50,130 nt of DNA, taken from an uncultured Ruminococcus sp. (GTDB lineage Bacteria > Bacillota > Clostridia > UBA1381). The stretch covers positions 1 to 50,130 of the forward strand of contig CACZPW010000225.1 of NCBI GenBank assembly GCA_902783115.1, written 5' to 3'. This document shows positions 20,516 through 27,828 of the stretch, in pieces (positions within the stretch are counted from its first letter, which is position 1; each line of letters begins with the position of its first letter). A program made the position numbers and the translations under genes. The notes under the pieces are model-generated. The model was not told the origin of the DNA. It searched no databases and saw nothing but the letters and a program-made list of their open reading frames with translations.

Positions 20516-20601
20516 AACGGTAAATTCAAGATAATAAATATTTACAGTAAATGCGGATTTTAACGCAGTTACCTTAAAATTGTGTCAGAGTGTTAAATTA
20601 T

Positions 20602-20635
20602 TTGTATTGTAGAGGTAAAAACTTTTTGCTAAAAT
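20602..20635 (+). promoter_or_regulatory. Candidate internal promoter P2, with the same architecture as P1
   Basis: TTGTATTG (20602-20609) with -35 TTGTAG (20607-20612), a 17-nt spacer, then TGcTAAAAT (TAAAAT at 20630-20635). The octamer-to-(-10) spacing is identical to P1. Confidence 0.5.
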
Positions 20636-20696
20636 TAAACTATGGGTAATATATACTTGAAAAAACATAAATCATGAAAAGGAGTTGTTTTAGAAA

Positions 20697-23123
20697 ATGA
20701 GTATCAGAAAAAGAGCGGCGGTTGTTTTGGCTCTTGCGCTTAGTATGATCGCTGCGGTGCTTCCCGCACCCATAGCATCGGCAAGCGTGAGCCCGACCAA
20801 TCTTTTGGCAAACGGCAGCTTTGAGCTTACAAGAGAATATGATTTCCCTGTAGGCTGGAGCTCAAACGGCGAGAACTTGATCCCAAACGGCGATTTTGAG
20901 AGCCGTGCGTATTGGAGATATAACAACGGCAACCTGTCCTATGAATACGATGAAGAGTTGGGTTCTACGGTAGGAAAGCTCGAGTGGAACGGGGGAGCAA
21001 AAGGTTGGAATGCAGTTACCATGAGATCCGATGGAGGTAATAATGTAGGTATATATTGGGATTATGCGCAGAATAAGCGAATCACAGTATCATCGCCGAC
21101 ATTCACCGCAATACCGATTGCGTGGGAAGGACAATATATACCGCGCATGAAGATGAAGTATACAGGTGATGATTGTAATACCAACAAAAATCTTTTGATG
21201 CAAATAACAGTTTCCTCGGCAGCTGTGGCTACGATCCAATCGACTCCAGAGGGAAAAACGCTGGATATTATTATTGCAGTTCCGGCAAAAGATGTTATTA
21301 AAGATGAATGGGCGAACCTTAGCAATACTTGTACGATCGGTTCGGCTTCAGCGATTGTGAGCACTTATACCAATGACACCCCGGGTGTTGTCAGATTGAT
21401 AAATGTTTGCAGAGCAGAAACTATCAATAAAGGAACAAAAGATGACCCAAATTATGGGACGATGACCGCATGGACGGACGATGCAAGATTTGAGAAATTA
21501 GGAAGAACAAGCACCTCGGCGGCGAGCGCAGGCTCAAAATCACTTATGGTAAAGGGCTATGCAGACGGCGTAAGAGAGGAATGGAAATCCGACCCCGTAA
21601 ATGTTATAGGCGGTGAAACACTTGAGGTAAAATCAAAGGTAAGAGTTGATGAGATTGATTCATATACAAGAAGCGGCGTTACCGTTTCACCCGAGGTTGC
21701 GGTTTATGCGGACTTTGGAAACGGTACCGTTTCAAAGGTAGGAAGCGTATCCGCTGTTACCGACGGATTTGTGCAGATCTCGGGCAATGTTACCGTTCCT
21801 TCAACTGCAAGCGGTGTAAGCCTTTTATATACCTTTGACGGCAAGGGTACTGCATATTTTGACGATGCACAGGTTATTTCTTCAAACAGGATCTCAAACG
21901 GCGGCTTTGAGCTGACAGACAGCAAAGACTTCCCCGTATCGTGGGATTCAAACGGAAAAAATATGGTTACTAACGGAGATTTTGAAGCTACAGAGTATTG
22001 GTATGGCAATGGCTATGGTGCATTTAGTTATATAGATAACGGAGGCAAAGACGGTTCAAGATGCGGCAAGCTGGTTTGGAATGCGGCAAACTGGGGAAGC
22101 ATAGCAGAGCGTGTCGGCTATAAAGGCAAAGATAGCAATGAAGCGATGCCCAAAAGTAAAATGCCGGTATTAGCGTTTGGAAGTAAATACAAGGTAAGCA
22201 TGGATACTAAGTGTAGTGCCGGTAACATTAGTAACAGTAATGTAGTGATTATCACTGAATGTCCGTATACGTCTGGCAACTACAAACCGAATATAATCAG
22301 TAAAACGGCAAGCGAAACATGGACAACATATACGAATGAATTTACGCCTGTCAAACCAAACGACTGTGATCAAAATTATCTTACAGTAAATCTGTTGCAC
22401 ACAGCAAGGGCAACAGCTAACGCTGCCGGTGCGGAGGTTTGGATTGATAATGTACGCATTGAAAAGCTCGGAAGAGCAGACACGGCAGATAAGAACAGCG
22501 GCGACAAATCGCTAAAGATCGTTGCTTATGACGACGGTATTGATGAGGAATGGTCATCCGGCAAGGTGGCGGTTGAGGAAGGCGAGAGACTTGATGTTTC
22601 CGCAGCGTATAAGACGGCATCTCTTAGCGGTGGACTTGATATAAAGGCGAAGTTCTATGACGGAAGCACCTATTTAAGCGAACAGTCAATAGCAAGTGCC
22701 GCAACTTCAGCGACATGGACAACTGCAGAGGCGACCGTAACCGTTCCCGAAAATGCGGACGGTATGGAGCTGGTATTTATTGTTCCGGGTGCGAGCGGCA
22801 CGGCTTGGATAGACGATGTATCTGTTACAGAGTCAGCACCTGTTGAGCCTGCGGAGGAATATATCCCCGTAACAGACGGTAATATCTACACATCGGGTGA
22901 TGTGGACGGCGAGCAGGGCTTTGTTGCAGAGTATACGACCGAGGAAACAAGCGGAACAAAGGAAGTCGAGTGGAAAATAATAGACTTCTCGGATATGAAG
23001 TTTACCACAAGAAGCCAGTTTATAAATTTAGACAAAGCAAGCGAGGGTGCTGTCAAATTCGGTCTTATCCTCAGTGATATGATCCCGGGACACAGCTACA
23101 GCGCAATGTATTTTCTTAAATGA
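20697..23123 (+). CDS. Secreted protein (808 aa) made of two CBM-like A-B cassettes with no catalytic domain. It is a paralogue of the N-terminal half of the 15989 protein.
   Basis: GGAG RBS at 20681-20684. Signal peptide MSIRKRAAVVLALALSMIAAVLPAPIASA. It repeats the NGSFE/NGGFE..FPV(G/S)W(S/D)SNG.N...NGDFE signature. I found no SLH, LPXTG or dockerin motif. Confidence 0.9.
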   Translation: MSIRKRAAVVLALALSMIAAVLPAPIASASVSPTNLLANGSFELTREYDFPVGWSSNGENLIPNGDFESRAYWRYNNGNLSYEYDEELGSTVGKLEWNGGAKGWNAVTMRSDGGNNVGIYWDYAQNKRITVSSPTFTAIPIAWEGQYIPRMKMKYTGDDCNTNKNLLMQITVSSAAVATIQSTPEGKTLDIIIAVPAKDVIKDEWANLSNTCTIGSASAIVSTYTNDTPGVVRLINVCRAETINKGTKDDPNYGTMTAWTDDARFEKLGRTSTSAASAGSKSLMVKGYADGVREEWKSDPVNVIGGETLEVKSKVRVDEIDSYTRSGVTVSPEVAVYADFGNGTVSKVGSVSAVTDGFVQISGNVTVPSTASGVSLLYTFDGKGTAYFDDAQVISSNRISNGGFELTDSKDFPVSWDSNGKNMVTNGDFEATEYWYGNGYGAFSYIDNGGKDGSRCGKLVWNAANWGSIAERVGYKGKDSNEAMPKSKMPVLAFGSKYKVSMDTKCSAGNISNSNVVIITECPYTSGNYKPNIISKTASETWTTYTNEFTPVKPNDCDQNYLTVNLLHTARATANAAGAEVWIDNVRIEKLGRADTADKNSGDKSLKIVAYDDGIDEEWSSGKVAVEEGERLDVSAAYKTASLSGGLDIKAKFYDGSTYLSEQSIASAATSATWTTAEATVTVPENADGMELVFIVPGASGTAWIDDVSVTESAPVEPAEEYIPVTDGNIYTSGDVDGEQGFVAEYTTEETSGTKEVEWKIIDFSDMKFTTRSQFINLDKASEGAVKFGLILSDMIPGHSYSAMYFLK
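20802..20992 (+). repeat. Segmental duplication, copy B1 (partner 16082-16272)
   Basis: See the partner entry. Confidence 0.8.
21474..21872 (+). repeat. Segmental duplication, copy B2 (partner 16727-17125)
   Basis: See the partner entry. Confidence 0.8.
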
Positions 23124-23144
23124 CATAAAGGGAGGTAAAAATTG

Positions 23145-23318
23145 ATGAAAGAGATTTATTTAAAGCCCGCCATTGAGGTAGTCGCATTTGAGGGTGAGGA
23201 TATCTTGGCAGCATCTGTAGCTTCTCTTATGGCAGGTGAGGGTGTTGATACAAGCAATATGATGAGTGTTGATGTAAGCGATACCTCGGATTGGCAGGAT
23301 TACACAGACACGAATTAA
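23145..23318 (+). CDS. Small acidic 57-aa ORF absent from the ORF track (below its length cut-off); hypothetical
   Basis: I translated it by hand: MKEIYLKPAIEVVAFEGEDILAASVASLMAGEGVDTSNMMSVDVSDTSDWQDYTDTN. A strong AAAGGGAGG RBS (23127-23135) sits about 9 nt upstream of the ATG. It lies 21 nt after the stop of the 808-aa gene and is followed by an intrinsic terminator. Confidence 0.6.
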   Translation: MKEIYLKPAIEVVAFEGEDILAASVASLMAGEGVDTSNMMSVDVSDTSDWQDYTDTN

Positions 23319-23380
23319 GAGAAAAAAACAGTGGTTTCATTGTAAAAAACACGCGACATTCATTATAGGATAAAATGAAA

Positions 23381-23428
23381 ACTCCTTTGAAGCTTGAGTG
23401 ATAAAGGCTTGGCTTTGAGGGAGTTTTT
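23381..23428 (+). terminator. Rho-independent terminator closing the surface-protein operon
   Basis: ACUCCUUUGAAGC (23381-23393) pairs with GCUUUGAGGGAGU (23412-23424) to give a 13-bp stem with three G-U wobbles. TTTTT follows. Confidence 0.6.
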
Positions 23429-23471
23429 CGGTAATATATTAAATATTTTGGGGAATTTGATATTTTTTCTA

Positions 23472-23501
23472 TTGAAAAAGAGGTATGTAATATAGTAAAA
23501 T
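23472..23501 (+). promoter_or_regulatory. Candidate promoter of the AraC-type regulator gene
   Basis: TTGAAA (23472-23477), an 18-nt spacer, then TAAAAT (23496-23501). Confidence 0.45.
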
Positions 23502-23536
23502 ATAACTGTTAAAAAGTGTGTTTTGGGAAGGGGGCA

Positions 23537-25801
23537 GTGATTTTGTTTAGCAATAGAAAAACCATATTAAATAAAATAACTATGTCATATTTTGCCATTA
23601 TGATGATAGGAATATTGTTGATAGGAACCATTGCCGATATTATCCTTCAGGATTTCTATGTCAGACAGACCATAAATTATAACAGGACAGTCGTGCGTGC
23701 ACTCAGGGAATATGTACTAAAAGATGTCATAAACGGCATTGACCGCACATATTTAGATGTTATATCCGTTGAGGACGGCAGCGAATTTTTTGTTGATTTG
23801 TTCGATATGGAGGATATAAGCTATAAAAATATCAAAAAAGCCATAAATTATATGAATGATATTGCCGTCAGTGAAAACGGATGGCTGGACGGTATATATA
23901 CATATTTTTCGGAAGCGGGCGTGCTTGCCGGCACGGACGGACTCATATATAAACGGGGAAACCGTGCCAATACCGTTCCCGATTGGATGAACAGTATTTT
24001 AGAGAATGAGGATAAATATATACCCACCCGTCATTACGATATGCTTCCCGCATACGGAGAAGGCAACCAATGTATGCTCGTAAAGCCGTATCCCGTGTTA
24101 TACGGCAACGGAAATGTAAAGGGGTATTTGATATTTAAAGTAGATGAAAAGACATTTTCAAGGATACTTTCGCAGTCGGATGTTTTAAACGGCGGCGAAT
24201 ACAGGGCAATAATAGATAAAAACGGAAACATTATCTCATCTACGCTTGAGGAGCATTACCCCGCCGTATTTGACGGAGCAAAGGAGCTTTATAAGCAAAC
24301 GGAAAATAGCGGGTACATAGAAACAAAGCTCAACTCCAAGCGGTATATCATTACATATTCCTCAATAGAGCCGTATGACTGGCGGCTTATAAGCGTTTGC
24401 CCCAAGGGTGTATTTTACAGGACATTATACAATATCCATCTGGTTATGCTCGCGGTAAGCATTGCGGCGATACTTATGGGACTGGTGATAGCGCGTCATT
24501 ATAAGCGTAAAATTTACAGCCCGATAAAAAGAATCGCAACAAGACTTGTCGGTATCGAGGACGAGGATGTAGATGTGGACGCAGCGATAAATCATATTTC
24601 GCGCCATGTTGAAAATATGCAGGATATGGTAGATTCGGCAAAGCAGTCCGCAAAACGGGAGCTTATCATTTCCCTGTGTCTTAACAATGGCTTTAATGCC
24701 GCAGAGTTTAAAAAACTTGTAAAAATATATCCGTTTAATTCGGATAAGAAAATGTATGCTGCGGCAATATTCAAGCTTGATAAGGATGTTGCCGAAAATC
24801 TTACCGCAGAATCGATAAACGGGATAATTGTAAACGGTATCGACATTATAGAAAGCATGAGCGATGAAGATACCGAATATATGGCGTGCTATTTCGGGAA
24901 TAATGAAATTCTGACCGTTGCAGGATTTTCTCACTCGAATGAAAATATCATAGTTGAGGAAATGAAGAATGTAAAGGACACGATTTTTACGGCATATTAT
25001 CTTAATTTAATATCGGTTGTAGGGATACCGGTAAAGCGGCATGAGGATATACATTTATCATACGAAAGTGTGAGGGAAGCGGAAAAGTATGTTGCGTTTT
25101 CAAAGCAGCAAGGTCCGATCTATGCGCCCGATGTGCTTAAGCTTGAAACAAGCTCCCTGGTTATTGACGAGCGTATAATGGAAAAGCTTCGCAGAAATAT
25201 ATATCTGTTTGATCTGCCTGCCATAAAGGACGACTTAAAAGCCATTGCGGAAGAAATGTCGGGCGGCGGATATTCGGCGTCGTACTGTAATTCAAAGCTT
25301 TTAGAGATAGTAAATATGATTTCCGTCTACATCAGGAATAACGGAATGAATTCCGATGAGATAATGGACAAGGATCTTATAAGCGGGTTTAATGAGATGG
25401 AAAACATTTCCGAATACTTGGAATGGGTCTATGCGATTTTGGAAAGGTTAGCACAGAAAATGGATATACGGAACGAAACCGATATGCAACGCATTACAGA
25501 GCGGGCAAAGGCGTATATTGCGGATAATCTCTCAAAAGAGCTGTCGCTTACATCGGTCTCGGACTATCTGCATATAAGCTCACAGTATTTCTGTAAAATA
25601 TTCAAGGAAGAAACAGATATGAACTTTGTCGACTATGTAACACTGGTGAGAATGGAAAAGGCAAAGGAGCTTCTTACGACCACCAATATGAATATAGAAA
25701 GCGTTGCAAGAAGCGTCGGATACAATACGCCGCATTACTTCACAAAGAAATTCAAGGAGCGTTTCGGCGTAACGCCCAAGACCTTCAGAATGAATCAGTG
25801 A
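23537..25801 (+). CDS. Membrane-anchored AraC/XylS-family one-component sensor-regulator (YesS-like architecture)
   Basis: It has an N-terminal TM segment (YFAIMMIGILLIGTIADIIL), a ~270-aa putative extracytoplasmic domain and a second TM segment (IHLVMLAVSIAAILMGLVIA). The C-terminal double HTH reads YLHISSQYFCKIFKEETDMNFVDYVTLVRMEKAKELL...SVARSVGYNTPHYFTKKFKERFGVTPKTFR. The start is ambiguous: the track uses GTG 23516, and after the GGAAGGGGG RBS there are a GTG at 23537 and a TTG at 23543. Confidence 0.85.
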   Translation: MILFSNRKTILNKITMSYFAIMMIGILLIGTIADIILQDFYVRQTINYNRTVVRALREYVLKDVINGIDRTYLDVISVEDGSEFFVDLFDMEDISYKNIKKAINYMNDIAVSENGWLDGIYTYFSEAGVLAGTDGLIYKRGNRANTVPDWMNSILENEDKYIPTRHYDMLPAYGEGNQCMLVKPYPVLYGNGNVKGYLIFKVDEKTFSRILSQSDVLNGGEYRAIIDKNGNIISSTLEEHYPAVFDGAKELYKQTENSGYIETKLNSKRYIITYSSIEPYDWRLISVCPKGVFYRTLYNIHLVMLAVSIAAILMGLVIARHYKRKIYSPIKRIATRLVGIEDEDVDVDAAINHISRHVENMQDMVDSAKQSAKRELIISLCLNNGFNAAEFKKLVKIYPFNSDKKMYAAAIFKLDKDVAENLTAESINGIIVNGIDIIESMSDEDTEYMACYFGNNEILTVAGFSHSNENIIVEEMKNVKDTIFTAYYLNLISVVGIPVKRHEDIHLSYESVREAEKYVAFSKQQGPIYAPDVLKLETSSLVIDERIMEKLRRNIYLFDLPAIKDDLKAIAEEMSGGGYSASYCNSKLLEIVNMISVYIRNNGMNSDEIMDKDLISGFNEMENISEYLEWVYAILERLAQKMDIRNETDMQRITERAKAYIADNLSKELSLTSVSDYLHISSQYFCKIFKEETDMNFVDYVTLVRMEKAKELLTTTNMNIESVARSVGYNTPHYFTKKFKERFGVTPKTFRMNQ

Positions 25802-25833
25802 GGCGATAATATAATTTTAATATGTTAAATTTT

Positions 25834-25868
25834 TTGTATTGTGCGCGCCTGTTTTAAGATGTTATAAT
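25834..25868 (+). promoter_or_regulatory. Candidate promoter P3 for the ABC-transporter/surface/GRE operon, sharing the TTGTATTG box
   Basis: TTGTATTG (25834-25841), an 18-nt spacer, then an extended -10 TGtTATAAT (TATAAT at 25863-25868). Confidence 0.55.
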
Positions 25869-25920
25869 TACAGTGAGGCAGTTATGTGCACAAATATTTA
25901 AGAAAGGTGTAAGGACAAGT

Positions 25921-26862
25921 ATGGCGAAACGAAACGACAGAGCGATCGGGGACAATAAAAAGTCCGGCAAAAACATATATTGGCGGCAAAGATATTTGCT
26001 GCTTCTGCTTGTGCCGTCGATTGCGTATTTCATTATATTTCATTACATACCTCTATATGGTCTTACCATCGCATTCAAAGATTATCAGATCCAGAAGGGG
26101 ATATTGGGAAGTACATGGGTAGGCTTTGCACATTTTGAGAGGCTCTTCCACATGGAAAGCTTCCGGCAGGTATTTAAGAATACGATCGTACTGGGATTTT
26201 TAAAATTCATTTTCGGGTTCCCGGCTCCGATAATATTCGCTGTTATGTTAAACGAAGTGCAGCATAGCATAATCAAAAAACCGGTACAGACGATATCCTA
26301 TCTGCCGCATTTTATGTCATGGGTAGTGCTGGGCGGAATTTTAACGCAGCTGTTATCTCCGTCTACGGGACCGGTAAATTTGATAATCCAGAAATTAGGC
26401 TTTGAAAAGATATATTTTCTTGCCGATCCAAAATGGTTCAGGACTGTGCTTGTGGTATCCTCGGTATGGAAAAATATCGGCTGGGGCTCCATAGTTTATC
26501 TTGCGGCCTTGTCAAATGTAGACCAGGAGGTACATGAGGCGGCTATGGTGGACGGGGCATCAAGACTTCAAAGGATATGGAAGATCACGATCCCCGAAAT
26601 AGTCCCGATAATAACCATAATGCTTATATTGAATATCGGCTCATTGATAAACGATGATTTTGATCAGGTATTTAACCTCTACAATTCCGCTGTGTACGAT
26701 GTCGGAGATGTGTTGAGTACATACATATACAGAGCAGGTCTTGTGAATTTTGAGTACAGCTTTGCAACGGCGGTAGGCCTCTTTAAAAATCTGATTTCGG
26801 TAGCGCTTGTTCTCTCTACAAACGCAATTTGTAAGAAAATCAACGAGTATTCGATTTGGTAG
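25921..26862 (+). CDS. Carbohydrate ABC transporter permease (LplB/YteP-like, CUT1 family)
   Basis: Multi-TM protein with a typical MAKRNDR...YWRQRYLLLLLVPSIAYFIIFHYIPLYGL N-terminus. The EAA-loop-like segment is EAAMVDGASRLQRIWKITIPEI. I prefer the ATG at 25921 over the track GTG at 25873, which would sit at the predicted transcript start. Confidence 0.85.
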   Translation: MAKRNDRAIGDNKKSGKNIYWRQRYLLLLLVPSIAYFIIFHYIPLYGLTIAFKDYQIQKGILGSTWVGFAHFERLFHMESFRQVFKNTIVLGFLKFIFGFPAPIIFAVMLNEVQHSIIKKPVQTISYLPHFMSWVVLGGILTQLLSPSTGPVNLIIQKLGFEKIYFLADPKWFRTVLVVSSVWKNIGWGSIVYLAALSNVDQEVHEAAMVDGASRLQRIWKITIPEIVPIITIMLILNIGSLINDDFDQVFNLYNSAVYDVGDVLSTYIYRAGLVNFEYSFATAVGLFKNLISVALVLSTNAICKKINEYSIW

Positions 26863-26873
26863 GAGATATAAAA

Positions 26874-27767
26874 ATGCGAAAAAGAAGGTCTTTATTACAA
26901 AGAAAAACGAAAGGCGATATCATTTTTGATATCGTAAATGTGATCATACTGTTTATTGTATGCTTTGCTACGCTCTATCCGTTTTATTATCTTTTGGTGA
27001 TGTCCTTTACAAGCGGAGATGTTCCTCTTACGCAGATGTACTGGTACCCGCCGAAGGTAACGCTGTCAAACTATGCGAAGGTGCTTTCCGACAGCGCGAT
27101 ATGGAACGGATTCAGAAACACGATAATAAGAACGGTGTTAGGTACCGCAATATCGGTACTGGCGGTAATATGTACGGCGTATCCGCTGTCAAAAAAATAT
27201 CTTGTACACAGAAACCTTTTTACAAGCTTTGTTGTTATTACAATGTTTGTAAGCGGCGGTACGATACCAAGTTATCTGCTTGTTAAAAACATGGGGATTA
27301 TGGATACGGTATGGGCGTTGGTACTGCCTACAGCCATAAGCGCATATAATGTCGTTATCACGCGGAACTTCTTTATGAGCATACCCGCGTCATTGGAGGA
27401 ATCGGCGCAGCTTGACGGTGCAAACGATATAGAGATACTGTTTAAAATATATGTACCCGTTTCCTTGCCGATAATTGCAACGATCACCCTGTGGGTGGCG
27501 GTGGCACACTGGAATGCGTGGTTTGACAGCCTTATCTACATAACCAATTCAAATAAACAGGTTTTACAGATAGTTATGCGAAGGATAGTTCTTGAAGGAA
27601 CGCAGGATATGTTAAATCCCGATGCGTTTGAGGAATCGATGCACGTAAATGCTGAAACCATCAAGGCAACTACCGTTATGGTAACAACGATCCCGATACT
27701 GCTGGTATATCCGTTTATCCAGAAGTATTTTGTAAAGGGTGTTATGGTCGGCTCGCTTAAGGGCTGA
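26874..27767 (+). CDS. Carbohydrate ABC transporter permease (LplC/YtcP-like)
   Basis: Six-TM pattern with the EAA-type loop ESAQLDGANDIEILFKIYVPVSLP. An AGGAG RBS lies upstream of the ATG at 26874. Confidence 0.85.
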   Translation: MRKRRSLLQRKTKGDIIFDIVNVIILFIVCFATLYPFYYLLVMSFTSGDVPLTQMYWYPPKVTLSNYAKVLSDSAIWNGFRNTIIRTVLGTAISVLAVICTAYPLSKKYLVHRNLFTSFVVITMFVSGGTIPSYLLVKNMGIMDTVWALVLPTAISAYNVVITRNFFMSIPASLEESAQLDGANDIEILFKIYVPVSLPIIATITLWVAVAHWNAWFDSLIYITNSNKQVLQIVMRRIVLEGTQDMLNPDAFEESMHVNAETIKATTVMVTTIPILLVYPFIQKYFVKGVMVGSLKG

Positions 27768-27828
27768 TATAAAATAAATGAAAATATACAATGTGGCGTA
27801 AGCAGATTACGCCGTCAAAAAGAAAGGA

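Noticed and set aside
7497-23123. Possible CRISPR array or tandem DNA repeat suggested by the recurring aacggcggctttgaa...ggctgga..tcaaacgg motifs
   Set aside because: The repeats are 0.9-1.1 kb apart, are in frame and encode the conserved NGxFE/FPxGW protein signature. There are no short regular repeat-spacer units anywhere in the window.
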